Part shown: in pieces, positions 17,111 through 26,718 of the stretch
How positions within the stretch are numbered: position 1 is the stretch's first letter
Layout of the letters: each line of letters opens with the position of its first letter
Origin: an uncultured Rhodothermales bacterium
GTDB lineage: Bacteria > Bacteroidota > Rhodothermia > Rhodothermales > VXPQ01
Assembly (NCBI GenBank): GCA_964608315.1
Contig: CAZSNF010000008.1
Coordinates: forward strand, 517 to 64,516
Direction: 5' to 3'
Length of the DNA stretch: 64,000 nt
Made by a program: the position numbers and the translations under genes
The notes under the pieces: generated by a model
What the model saw: the letters and a program-made list of their open reading frames with translations, nothing else
Told to the model about the DNA's origin: nothing
Database searches by the model: none

Positions 17111-17265
17111 TCTATGCAGTTTTTGCATAGAACTGGGGTTTTCCATGCAATTTTTGCATAATCAAATTCAAAAACATCGCGCCCGGACATATTTTCCCGC
17201 ATAAACGCAAATCATCTATGCAATTTTTGCATAAAGAGGGCATGTTCTATGCAATTTTCGCATGA
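17111..17265. repeat. four copies of a 19-20 bp palindrome (T)CTATGCAA-TTT-TTGCATA(A)
   Basis: 17111-17130 tctatgcagtttttgcatag; 17143-17161 ccatgcaatttttgcataa; 17215-17234 tctatgcaatttttgcataa; 17246-17265 ttctatgcaattttcgcatg. They form two pairs spaced about 31 bp, with the pairs 104 bp apart. Confidence 0.85.
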
Positions 17266-17318
17266 AAAGAAAACGCTCCGGTATCGCCGCGTGGGGCGAC
17301 GCCAGAGCGCGTTCCATG

Positions 17319-17392
<74 letters not shown>

Positions 17393-17788
17393 GTATCGCG
17401 GGTACAACGCCATGCCGCTCCGTTTGTTCGCTATGGATTCGCTCTGAATTCCCACCTTCCCTGCAAATTCGACGTCCCTCCAATAGATTCTTGCAATATC
17501 GCCGTTGCGCAAAACGCCAAAAGCAATGACTGTCTTTGAAAAACTGCCCTTGAGACACAACGCTGCCGCTCCTCAAAACGTCTATTGCTGGAAAGCAGGC
17601 AGGAAAAGAGGCCGCCGGGCAATGAAAAAAAAGATTTACACGGCAAACTTGACAGACAGTGGCGAAGGGCGGACATGTTCAATGCACAGATTTCGACAAT
17701 GCCGCGCTCGTCGTATCGCGTACCTTTTATGCAGCCCCGACGCCGCTTCTTGCGCGAAGAGGCGGCGCTGCGGCGCGCGTCCCTCCCT

Positions 17789-18607
17789 TTATTCCGCCGA
17801 GGGCAGCGCGTCTCCCGGATTCAGAAAATAAAAATGGTTCACGGGGCCATGGCCCTGTCCGATCTCCGGGGCGCAACGGATGGCTTCCGTCACATACCGC
17901 TTGGCTCGCGCAACGGACTCCTTAAGCGAAAACCCGCGCGCCAGATTCGCCGCGATGGCGGACGCACAGGTACAGCCCGTGCCGTGCGTATGCTTCGTGG
18001 CGATGCGGGGCGCGCGAAACGCATGCATCCGCTCGCCGTCGTACAGCACGTCCACGGCGTCGTCGCCCGTTTCGTCCACATGCCCGCCCTTGACGAGCAC
18101 GGCCCTCGGCCCCAGGGCATGAATGGCGGCGGCGGCTTCCTCCTGCGCCTCTTCCGAATCCACGTCGAACCCGGCAAGGCGCCGGGCTTCGCGCGCATTG
18201 GGCGTAACCAGCGCGGCAAGCGGCAGAAGCCGTTCGCAAAGCGTTTCCACCGCATCGTCGCACAACAGGGAAAATCCGCCTTTGGAAATCATCACCGGAT
18301 CGACGACCAGAGGAGAAACCCGGCGCGAGCGCAATTTTTCCGTAACGGTTGCAATGACCGCGGCAGAAGACAGCATGCCCGTTTTCGTAGCGCTTACGTC
18401 GAAATCGTCGTATACCGCGTCGATCTGCTTTGCGATCAGGTCGGGCGGAAGTTCGAAAGCATCCAGAACGGCCTGCGTGTTCTGCGCAGTGACCGCCGTG
18501 ACAACGCTCGCGGCGAACACGCCATGGGCCTGCATGGTTTTTATATCGGCCTGAATGCCGGCGCCGCCGCCGGAGTCGCTGCCTGCAATGGTAAGGGCCA
18601 CTTTCAT
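17789..18607 (-). CDS. thiD: hydroxymethylpyrimidine/phosphomethylpyrimidine kinase
   Basis: ALTIAGSDSGGGAGIQADIKT, VVDPVM and HGTGCT motifs. ATGA overlap with the upstream thiE-like gene. Confidence 0.9.
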   Translation of the reverse strand: MKVALTIAGSDSGGGAGIQADIKTMQAHGVFAASVVTAVTAQNTQAVLDAFELPPDLIAKQIDAVYDDFDVSATKTGMLSSAAVIATVTEKLRSRRVSPLVVDPVMISKGGFSLLCDDAVETLCERLLPLAALVTPNAREARRLAGFDVDSEEAQEEAAAAIHALGPRAVLVKGGHVDETGDDAVDVLYDGERMHAFRAPRIATKHTHGTGCTCASAIAANLARGFSLKESVARAKRYVTEAIRCAPEIGQGHGPVNHFYFLNPGDALPSAE

Positions 18608-19440
18608 GAAGCATCTTCGAGATATGCGCGCAGGGCGTTAAGATAGGCGCGGGCCGCTTCTCCGGGGCGGTCGGCCTGCATAATCCCGGACAAAACCGCC
18701 ACGCCGTAGCTTCCCGCCGCAAGACACGGCCCGATGCGTTCGGGGGTAACGCCGCCAAGAGCATATACGGGGAGACGCCCCTGGACATGATGCGCAAAAT
18801 CGCGCAGCGCATCGACGCCTGCGCCGGCATACCCGGGCTTGCCCTGCGGGCTGAAAACAGGACTGAAAAAAAAATATTGAGGGGGATGGGCCTCCCGCTC
18901 CCGGGAATGACTCCCTGTGGCGCGGGGGTTGGTCCCGATGGCGCTACCCGAATCGCGATTTTGACGATCTCCGCCCATTGCGGCCCGAGCCTCTTGCAGA
19001 TTGTGCGCCGATCTGCCGTAAGGCTGCCGGGAGTCGCCCGAAAACCCCGGCGCCGGATCGCGCGTCCCGGCATGATACCCGCACCCCAGGGCTTCGGCCG
19101 CCTCCGGGCGGCCATTTACGGAAAGCAGCATCGACGGAGAAACCTTGCGCAAGCGTTCGACCAGACGGGCAGCGGATTCCCGAAACAACCTGTCGGGCGC
19201 GGCGCGATCCCGCAAGTGCACCCACAGGGTTTGATCGGAAGTTTTTTCAGAAACAGGCCCGGACGCCGCTTCCGCGGCGACGATGATCCGGTCGGCGCAT
19301 TCGGGGTCGGTGAATCCGTCCCCGATCAACAAGAGTCGGGGCAAACGCCATGCGAACGCCGTCCCGCCCGCATCCTGCTTCGACGCCGCTTGTGCGTTAT
19401 CCACCGATGCGTCCCTCCATCGGCGACGAAGCCTGCGCAT
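18604..19440 (-). CDS. thiE: thiamine-phosphate synthase / TenI-family protein (start uncertain)
   Basis: C-terminal [14 protein letters not shown]...[12 protein letters not shown]...GVAVLSGIM matches the ThiE/TenI phosphate-binding region. It carries an unusual ~30-aa hydrophilic insertion ([31 protein letters not shown]) before FSPVF. Sits between thiG and thiD. Confidence 0.6.
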   Translation of the reverse strand: MRRLRRRWRDASVDNAQAASKQDAGGTAFAWRLPRLLLIGDGFTDPECADRIIVAAEAASGPVSEKTSDQTLWVHLRDRAAPDRLFRESAARLVERLRKVSPSMLLSVNGRPEAAEALGCGYHAGTRDPAPGFSGDSRQPYGRSAHNLQEARAAMGGDRQNRDSGSAIGTNPRATGSHSREREAHPPQYFFFSPVFSPQGKPGYAGAGVDALRDFAHHVQGRLPVYALGGVTPERIGPCLAAGSYGVAVLSGIMQADRPGEAARAYLNALRAYLEDAS

Positions 19441-20209
19441 AGGTGCGGCGCGGCATGCGCCCGGACCGGAAGGCCAGCCTGCCCGCCTCCACGGCCCGGC
19501 GCATGGCGGCGGCCATCGTCACGGGATGCTGCGCATCGGAGACCGCGGTATTCAGAAGCACCCCGTCGTAGCCCAGTTCCATCGCCCGCGCCGCATCGCT
19601 CGCCGTGCCGATACCGGCGTCCACGATCAGCGGCGTATCCCGGATGAGGTCCCGGATGAGCGACAGATTGTAGGGATTCACCAGTCCCTGCCCGCTGCCT
19701 ATCGGGGAGGCCAGCGGCATGATCGCGGCGCATCCGAGATCGGCCAGTTTACGGCACGCGATCGGATCGTCGTTGGCGTAGGCCATCACGGAAAACCCGT
19801 CGTCCACGAGTTCCTTCGCCGCCCGGAGCAACTGCTCGACATCCGGAAGCAGCGTTTCGTCGTCCCCGATGACCTCCAGTTTGATCAGACGGGTTTCCAG
19901 CGCTTCGCGGGCCAGTTGCGCCACCAGCACCGCCTCCTTCGCCGTATAGCATCCGGCGGTGTTCGGCAGGCAGCGATACGGCTTGAGCAATTCCAGAAAA
20001 CGTTCCCCCGAAGCGTCCCGCAAATTTACGCGCCGGATCGCTACGGTAACGAGTTCCGTCCCGGACGCCTCGAGCGCATCCAGCATCACCCGCGGATTCG
20101 GGTACCGGCTCGTTCCCATGATCAGCCGGGACGACAAGGCCATGTCGCCGATATGCAGCGTATCCGGGCGTCCGTTCGTCGTCATGCTATCCTCCCTGTT
20201 GCGCCGCAA
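19397..20209 (-). CDS. thiG: thiazole synthase
   Basis: [27 protein letters not shown] and [12 protein letters not shown] motifs. 270 aa. Confidence 0.92.
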   Translation of the reverse strand: MRRNREDSMTTNGRPDTLHIGDMALSSRLIMGTSRYPNPRVMLDALEASGTELVTVAIRRVNLRDASGERFLELLKPYRCLPNTAGCYTAKEAVLVAQLAREALETRLIKLEVIGDDETLLPDVEQLLRAAKELVDDGFSVMAYANDDPIACRKLADLGCAAIMPLASPIGSGQGLVNPYNLSLIRDLIRDTPLIVDAGIGTASDAARAMELGYDGVLLNTAVSDAQHPVTMAAAMRRAVEAGRLAFRSGRMPRRTYAQASSPMEGRIGG

Positions 20210-20414
20210 TCACTTCGATCCGGTCGCCAAACCGAACCGCATGGCTGTCCCATGTTCCCTTCGGCGCCACCGTATCGTTCACCGCCACCGCAATGCCCTT
20301 TGCGCGGGTCGGGTCGAACCCCATCTCCCGCATCAGGACGGACACGGTGGCCTGCGCCGGCACGGAATGCGTTTTCCCGTTGATCGACACGTCGATAAGA
20401 GATTCGGAAGACAT
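20187..20414 (-). CDS. thiS: sulfur-carrier protein ThiS
   Basis: 75 aa from the ATG at 20414, ending ...[12 protein letters not shown] (C-terminal GG). Overlaps the thiG start. Confidence 0.8.
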   Translation of the reverse strand: MSSESLIDVSINGKTHSVPAQATVSVLMREMGFDPTRAKGIAVAVNDTVAPKGTWDSHAVRFGDRIEVIAAQQGG

Positions 20415-20516
20415 GGTCCATCCGCCTGGTTGTGCAGCGCGTTTGTACGGCGGCGCATGCCGCGCGCTGTCTTTGTATATGGCGGCGCATGCCGCGCGCC
20501 GCATTCGGCTTAACCG

Positions 20517-21677
20517 TCACGCAGATACCGCCTCGAAACGTTCCGGTAAAAACGGAGCGATCCATGCAGAGGTTTCTCCAGTCAATACGTACCGGGCCAC
20601 TTCTTCGGAAGCGACCGGAGCAAGCAAGACGCCGTGCCGGTAAAAACCGGTCGCCATGACCACCCCGGGCGCGGAAGAAGGCCCCAGGATGGGCGAATGA
20701 TCCCTGCTCGCCGGACGAAGGCCCGCCCATATGTCGCGCACGGGCAGATCGTCGACGCCCGGCACGATCTTGCGGACCTCCTCCAGCATAGCGTACAGCC
20801 CGCCTGCCGTAACACGGGCGTCGAAGCCCATTTCCTCCATAGTGGCGCCGATCAGTACGCGCCCGCCGGGCTTGGGGGCCGCGTACGTATGCGCGCTACG
20901 CACGACATGCTGCAAGTCGAACGGGGGTTCGACCTGCAATTCGATCATTTGCCCCCGCACCGGACGCACGGGCGGCTGCTGATCCATAGTCAGCCCTTCC
21001 ACGCCATGCGACCAGGCGCCCATGGCGAGCGCCACGCACGATCCCGCGACGCGCTCGCCGTCCTCGGTAACGACCGCAGGCGCCTCGGCGTCGGGTTCGA
21101 CGGCGCACACGGACGTTCCTTCGCGCAGGACGCCCCCGGCTTGCAGAAAAGCAGCCCGCAACGCTTCGACGAGCGCCCGGGCGTCCGCCTCGCTATCCGT
21201 CGGGGAATACATGACCGCCGCCGGGCGAGACGTAATGAACGGTTCTATATCCAGCGCCTCCGCGGTGGAAAGCCACCGGACGTCCAGTCCCTGCGCTTTC
21301 ATGAAATCGTAGCGGCGGCGCAACGCTTCCGCCGCGTCCCGGTCGGGGGCCACGTGCACGGCTCCGTTCGTCCGAAATCCGATCCCTATTCCGCTCGCCT
21401 CTTCCAGCGCCGCCGCAAACGACGGCCACCTGCGCAAACTTTCCCGGTTGAGCCGGTAGAGTTCGGGGTCCTCGAATCCTATTTCCGCGTCCGGCGCCAG
21501 CATGCCCGCCGCCGCCCAGGAGGCCCCCCGCCCGGCCCGATCCCGCTCGAAAAGATGCACGGTCCGCCCGGCGCATAGCAGCCGCCAGCCGAGGGCAAGG
21601 CCCGCCACGCCGCCGCCCGCAATAAGCACGGGCCTTTCAGCGCGGGATGTGGTTGCATGGGATATGGTGCGAGACAT
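20517..21677 (-). CDS. thiO: FAD-dependent glycine oxidase
   Basis: From the ATG at 21677: Rossmann motif VLIAGGGVAGLALGWRL, then DAO-family body. First gene of the thiOSG(E)D cluster. Confidence 0.8.
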   Translation of the reverse strand: MSRTISHATTSRAERPVLIAGGGVAGLALGWRLLCAGRTVHLFERDRAGRGASWAAAGMLAPDAEIGFEDPELYRLNRESLRRWPSFAAALEEASGIGIGFRTNGAVHVAPDRDAAEALRRRYDFMKAQGLDVRWLSTAEALDIEPFITSRPAAVMYSPTDSEADARALVEALRAAFLQAGGVLREGTSVCAVEPDAEAPAVVTEDGERVAGSCVALAMGAWSHGVEGLTMDQQPPVRPVRGQMIELQVEPPFDLQHVVRSAHTYAAPKPGGRVLIGATMEEMGFDARVTAGGLYAMLEEVRKIVPGVDDLPVRDIWAGLRPASRDHSPILGPSSAPGVVMATGFYRHGVLLAPVASEEVARYVLTGETSAWIAPFLPERFEAVSA

Positions 21678-21974
21678 GAAGCGAGGCGGCGCCAAAGCCC
21701 GGTCGGCGGCGAAAGTTTCGGGGCGTATCCTCAGGAAAATTAGGGGGCGGGGAGGCGGTATGCAAGCAGGACGCGACCTGAAATATCGGCCCGGTAACGA
21801 ATCTGCCGCAAACGCTTGACAATAGCCCCCGGGCGGCGTACCATGCCTGCGGAATCCGCTAAACAAGGTAGTTGCACAATCCCTTCGAGAGCCAGCCCGA
21901 AATGCTCGCCTGATTTCTTCGTTCGGTCAATATGTCCCTATGGCGGGCAGGTCTCCAACGAATATGGATAAATA

Positions 21975-22376
21975 ATGCGTGCGCCCAAACGCAAACATCA
22001 CCGTATCCGGACTATCCATGTACGGCCAGGGGTCGATCTAGACAGACTGGCTGAACGTGTCCGGTATGTAGGCAGCCCCGAACACAAGGATTATCCCGGT
22101 TGTGCCGGTCCGCCCGGCTTGCGCAGCGACGCCACGCCCTGCCCTCCCGAAATCAAAGACCCGGCAATGATTTGCGAATGGCTGCGCGCCGCTATTCGTT
22201 GCGGCGCGACAGGCAGCCTCTGGGAGGGGGACTTTCCCCGTTACGTATGGTATTAGCTCGATAACGTAGTTTACGAAGGCCGCCTCGTAAATCGCGGCCT
22301 CGGCGACTACAAGGGACACAAACTCAACGAAAACGAGTGGCCAGAAAATATCGACGCGTTTTATGGCGGAACTTGA
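21975..22376 (+). pseudogene. small conserved-looking ORF interrupted by an in-frame TAG
   Basis: 93-aa ORF (…YVGSPEHKDYPGCAGPPGLRSDATPCPP…EGDFPRYVWY) stops at TAG 22254-22256. The same frame continues sensibly (LDNVVYEGRLVNRGLGDYKGHKLNENEWPENIDAFYGGT) to TGA at 22374-22376. Confidence 0.4.
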
Positions 22377-22486
22377 TTTTCAAATCGACTGGCTGGACGG
22401 AGGAGAGGTGGTTCGGGTTGATTGAACATCGTTTTCGGGCTTTTAAGGGGTAATATTGCGACCTTGTTCCGATCCAACCAACCCAT

Positions 22487-22954
22487 ATGGAGGTATTCCA
22501 TGCCCAAACGCACCCGCAGATGGAGCGCGGTTTCCTTTATCTCGCCGCCGTAATCGACTGGAAGAGCCGCAAGGCGCTTTCTCACCGTATCTCGAACACG
22601 CTCGCGGCGGATTTTTGCGTCGAAGCGCTCGAAGAGGCCATTGGCCGCTATGGCGCGCCCGCTGTTTTCAATACGGACCAGGGCGCGCAGTTCACGTCGG
22701 AGGCGTTCACGGGCGTACTGAAGGCGCACGGCGTGCGCATCTCGATGGACGGCAAGGGCCGCTGGCTGGACAACGCGTACGTGGAGCGCCTGTGGCGCAG
22801 CCTCAAGCAGGAAGAAGTCTACCGGCGGGCGTACGAGACGGTGGCCGAGGCCAAAAAGGGGATCGGCGACTACCTGCGCTACTTCAACGAAGAACGCCCT
22901 CACCAGAGCCTTGACAATCTCACGCCCGATGACGTATATTACAGGATACTCTGA
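22487..22954 (+). mobile_element. IS3-family transposase (OrfB, DDE/rve core) 5'-truncated fragment
   Basis: …YLAAVIDWKSRKALS…NTDQGAQFTSEAF…ISMDGKGRWLDNAYVERLWRSLKQEEVY…FNEERPHQSLDNLTPDDVY. Lacks the N-terminal HTH/OrfA and the first catalytic region. Its last four codons and stop lie inside repeat copy J. Confidence 0.85.
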
Positions 22955-22990
22955 TTAAATTTGCAGCAGATTTAATCAGGGTATCCTTAA
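22943..22990. repeat. minimal MITE-like element, copy J (two termini only)
   Basis: aggatactctgattaaat ttgcagcag atttaatcagggtatccttaa: the two terminal inverted repeats form a hairpin with a 9-nt loop. Confidence 0.75.
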
Positions 22991-23037
22991 AATGGTGCCA
23001 ATTGGCAGCTTGACGATGAAGAGGACGGAAAAATAAT

Positions 23038-25323
23038 ATGCGTACCCCACACACACGCGTAGCCGCCCTGCTTTGCCTGCCACTGCTTGCGGCGCTTTCG
23101 CAGCCGGCCGGGGCGCAGACGATGCCGGTGATCACGATCGAGGCGCCGACGTCTTCGGTGACGGAGGGGGAGAAGGCGGCGTTCAAGTTGACGGCGACGC
23201 CGGCTCCGGCGTCGCACCTGATTGTGAAGATGAAAGTGTTTGAACCCCCGAACGCGAACTTCGTTGGTGAGGTGGACAGGGGTGCTTTCTCAACTCTGAA
23301 TACGGTTATACTTAGCGGCAGGTCGACGGCAACGCGCTACATCCAGATGGCGTCGGACATGGAGGATGAACCGAGCGGTCCGGTGTCGCTGAGGATATAC
23401 GACCCGTCGAAGTTAGACCCCCACCCCGGCTACGTGCTGGGAGCCGCGGACTCCGTGTCCGTGACGGTGCGGGACGACGACCCGACGTCCGTGACAGTCC
23501 ATATCGCAGACGAAACCGCGGACGAGGGCGAGGCACTTTTCACGGATCCGGCGCTTGATCAGGGCCAACTCGCCAAAATCGAAATCACCACAGGGAGAAA
23601 GCTGTACGCTGGAGAGACGCTGACCATTCCCTTCATTTTCGACAAAAACAAAGGTCAGCAGGTAGCATTACTGAATCCTGCTGCTGGCAACCATAGCCTC
23701 AATTCCTCGAACGTGACCTTCACAGGCGACGCCGATGGGGCCCCGGTGAATATCGATATGAGAGTGTGGGTCCCGGAGGACGAGGACGCGGACAACGATA
23801 CGCTGACGGTGAGCCTGGGCGCGGCGACGGCGACGGGGCTGGACGGAGGCGTGAACGTCACCCTTACCTCCATTGGCGATCCTTCTCTTCACCACATTAT
23901 CCTTGTCGACAATGACCCCTATGTCGAGGTCACAGGTGGCGGGTCGGTGACGGAGGGGACGGCGGCGACGTTCACGCTGACGGCGAGCCCGGCGCCTGCG
24001 GCGGACCTGCCGGTGAACCTGAGCGTGGCGGACGCGCCGGGTTCGGATTTCGTAGACGAGGCGAACGAGGGCCTCCAGACGGCGACGATCCCGGCGCACA
24101 TGACGTCGGCGACGCACAGCGTCCCGACGGTGGCGGACAGGACGGACGAGCGGAGCGGACCGGTGGCGATAACGTTGCGAAGCTCCGCGCAGGACCCCGC
24201 GATGGGCGCGGGCTACATAATAAAAGGTGGCTCCGCGTCCGTGGCGGTGTACGACAACGATAGCCCCGCCGAGCCGGATATCACGATCGCGGCCGGGACG
24301 TCTCCAGTGACGGAGGGGACGGCGGCGACGTTCACGTTGACGGCGAGTCCGGCTCCGGCGTCGCCCCTGACGGTGGACCTGAGCGTGTCGGACGCCCCGA
24401 ACGGGGACTTCGTGGCCGCGGCGAACGAGGGCGCCAGGACGGCGACGTTCGCGGCGAACGCGGCGACAACGACGTACAGCGTCCCGACGGTGGCGGACAC
24501 GAACGACGAGCCGAACGGTCCGGTGTCGGTGGAGGTCGTCGACGGCGCGTCTTACGGCGTGGGGAGCCCGTCCAGCGCTCAGGTGACGGTTGAGGACAAC
24601 GACCCGACGCCGCCTGTGACGACGCCCGTTACGCCGCCTGTGACCCCACCCGTTACGCCGCCTGTGACGACGCCCGTTACGCCGCCTGTGACCCCCGCAG
24701 TCAGCCTGTCCGCATCGCCGAACCCGGCGACCGAAGGCGAAACGATCACCGTCGCGGCGACCCTCACGCAGCCGCTCGGCAGCGACGTAACCATACCCCT
24801 TGCGTTCACCGTCGATACGGCGGAAACGGACGACTTCGTCGCGCTTGCCTCCATTGTGATCGAGGCAAATCAGACAAGCAACGCCGGCGCCGTCGCTACG
24901 AACGCGGACAACGACGCAGACGACGAAACGTTCGCCGTCGCGCTTGGCGACCTGCCCGACGGGGTGCAAGCGGGCGCTCCCTCCTCCGTCGAACTGACCA
25001 TTACGGATCTGAGCGTTACAACCTCCGCCGAACGCAACGGCGCGGAAGAAGAGATACCCGAAGCGTTCGCCCTCGAGCAGAACTATCCCAACCCGTTCAA
25101 TTCGTCCACCACTATCAGGTTTTCTCTCGATAAAGCGCAGCACGCACGGCTCGCCGTCTACGACCTGCTCGGTCACGAGATGCGCGTGTTGACGGAGGGC
25201 GCGCGGCCAGCGGGGCGCTACGACGTTCCGTTCGACGCCTCCGACCTCGCCAGCGGCACGTATTTCTACGTCCTGCGTACGGAGGATCGGATCGCCGTCA
25301 AAACCATGTCGCTGCTCAAGTAG
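23038..25323 (+). CDS. secreted repeat protein (Calx-beta-like domains) with T9SS C-terminal sorting domain
   Basis: Signal peptide ending AGAQT. At least three repeats of the type SVTEGTAATFTLTASPAPA...LSV(A/S)DAP..DFV...ATF/IPA...SVPTVAD..DE.(S/N)GPV. (PVTPPVT)n linker. C-terminal QNYPNPFNSSTTIRF...GTYFYVLRT...MSLLK. Confidence 0.8.
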   Translation: MRTPHTRVAALLCLPLLAALSQPAGAQTMPVITIEAPTSSVTEGEKAAFKLTATPAPASHLIVKMKVFEPPNANFVGEVDRGAFSTLNTVILSGRSTATRYIQMASDMEDEPSGPVSLRIYDPSKLDPHPGYVLGAADSVSVTVRDDDPTSVTVHIADETADEGEALFTDPALDQGQLAKIEITTGRKLYAGETLTIPFIFDKNKGQQVALLNPAAGNHSLNSSNVTFTGDADGAPVNIDMRVWVPEDEDADNDTLTVSLGAATATGLDGGVNVTLTSIGDPSLHHIILVDNDPYVEVTGGGSVTEGTAATFTLTASPAPAADLPVNLSVADAPGSDFVDEANEGLQTATIPAHMTSATHSVPTVADRTDERSGPVAITLRSSAQDPAMGAGYIIKGGSASVAVYDNDSPAEPDITIAAGTSPVTEGTAATFTLTASPAPASPLTVDLSVSDAPNGDFVAAANEGARTATFAANAATTTYSVPTVADTNDEPNGPVSVEVVDGASYGVGSPSSAQVTVEDNDPTPPVTTPVTPPVTPPVTPPVTTPVTPPVTPAVSLSASPNPATEGETITVAATLTQPLGSDVTIPLAFTVDTAETDDFVALASIVIEANQTSNAGAVATNADNDADDETFAVALGDLPDGVQAGAPSSVELTITDLSVTTSAERNGAEEEIPEAFALEQNYPNPFNSSTTIRFSLDKAQHARLAVYDLLGHEMRVLTEGARPAGRYDVPFDASDLASGTYFYVLRTEDRIAVKTMSLLK
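24608..24697 (+). repeat. 24-bp coding tandem repeat (about 3.7 copies; TPVTPPVT linker)
   Basis: ccgcctgtgacgacgcccgttacg / ccgcctgtgaccccacccgttacg / ccgcctgtgacgacgcccgttacg / ccgcctgtgacccccgca. Confidence 0.85.
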
Positions 25324-25470
25324 CCGAGATTCCCGCAGTCAGGCGCGACTTCTCGCGAACGACGAGGCCGGCGTCGAGACATCAAAGGCATCCTCCTCCA
25401 TGTCGCCGTCGGCGCCAGAGCCGCCAGCGCGCAATGCGCCTCGAATACAGGACGCCCCGATTAGGGCCTG

Positions 25471-25589
25471 TTAAGGACACTCTGATTAAATCTACTTCGA
25501 TCGGCGCTTCGCGTTGGTGCGTACAGGGTATTGCGATGGCATCGTTGAAATCAAGCGGTAAACGCTGCGGATTCGGGGCATGGCGGACG
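25471..25589 (-). repeat. MITE-like element, copy B (truncated: one arm only, subfamily with GGACACTCTGATTAAAT terminus)
   Basis: 119 bp nearly identical to the first 117 bp of copy C (27812-27928). Similarity stops after catggcggacg. Confidence 0.85.
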
Positions 25590-25782
25590 CGCCACGCCGT
25601 TTTCAAGGTTGATTTCGGCGGGCGTCTACGGTATTTTCCGATAGGTAAAAGCAGTGTCCTGCCTCCAGCGCACTGCCTGGTTCAACGCCGCACAATATCC
25701 TTACCCTTACATGTTTGGATGAACCAGCGCCGATCCAGGCCCCGCCCGTTCGTTTTTGCACGAAAGTCAATAGAAATGCACG

Positions 25783-26718
25783 ATGACGATACCCGCCCAA
25801 GGACTCCTTGACGAAGCAATTCAGGATACTCCTCCCAAAACGGGGCGAATATCCCGTCGCCTGGTCGGAAATGCGGCGCAGGCGCGACGCAAAATGATTG
25901 CCTTCGGATGGTATGGAGGCAAGTACGTACATCTGGATTTCATTCTCCCCCGCCTGCCGGTCGATGCGGAACACTTTTGCGATGTCTACGGCGGCTCGGC
26001 CGCTGTGCTCATCAATCGCGCCCCGGCGCCCGTGGAAACCTATAACGACCTGGATTCGGAGCTTGTCAATTTCTTCTCCGTGCTGCGGGACCAGTACGAA
26101 GAACTTGTCCGGGCCATTGGGCTGACGCCGTTTTCTCGGGAGGAACTCGCCAATGCTTGTCGTTGCGAACCCGGTCTGGCCCCGCTGGAACGAGCGCGAC
26201 GGTTCTACGTCCGCGCACGACAGACGCGCACCGGTTTGGCCCAAAAAAGCAGCGAAGGCCGGTGGGCGCACTGCGTACTAACGTCCCGGGCGGGCATGGC
26301 CGGCGCCGTGTCGCGCTGGCTTGGCGCTGTGGAAGGACTGCCCGAAATTACGCAGCGGTTACAACGCGTACAGATCGAAAACGCCCCGGCGCTGGATGTC
26401 ATTGCGCGGTACGATACGCCCCGTACCCTGTTCTATCTTGACCCTCCGTACGTCCACGATAGCCGAGGCGACACCGCTGCCTACGGCCACGAAATGACCG
26501 ACGACGACCATCGCGAACTTGCTGAGTTGCTGCATCGCATTCAGGGGCGCGCAGTATTGTCCGGATACCGGTCAGCCCTCTACGACGAATTGTTCGCCGA
26601 CTGGCGCCGCGTCGATGCGCCGGAGAAACTATGTAATTCGTCCAAAGGAAAACGGCGGGAGTCGCTGTGGATGAATTTCGAACCGCTGACGGGAGGCGGT
26701 AATGGCGACGCCCGATAG
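25783..26718 (+). CDS. Dam-family (D12 class) N6-adenine DNA methyltransferase
   Basis: FGWYGGK near the N-terminus, catalytic LDPPYV and the SGY tail typical of MethyltransfD12. An alternative ATG at 25894 lies immediately before FGWYGGK. Confidence 0.85.
   Translation: MTIPAQGLLDEAIQDTPPKTGRISRRLVGNAAQARRKMIAFGWYGGKYVHLDFILPRLPVDAEHFCDVYGGSAAVLINRAPAPVETYNDLDSELVNFFSVLRDQYEELVRAIGLTPFSREELANACRCEPGLAPLERARRFYVRARQTRTGLAQKSSEGRWAHCVLTSRAGMAGAVSRWLGAVEGLPEITQRLQRVQIENAPALDVIARYDTPRTLFYLDPPYVHDSRGDTAAYGHEMTDDDHRELAELLHRIQGRAVLSGYRSALYDELFADWRRVDAPEKLCNSSKGKRRESLWMNFEPLTGGGNGDAR

Noticed and set aside
21678-21960. Expected TPP riboswitch upstream of thiO
   Set aside because: Only scattered partial matches to the THI-box were found on either strand, in the wrong order and spacing. 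It is not called as a feature. A covariance-model search (RF00059) is needed to be sure.
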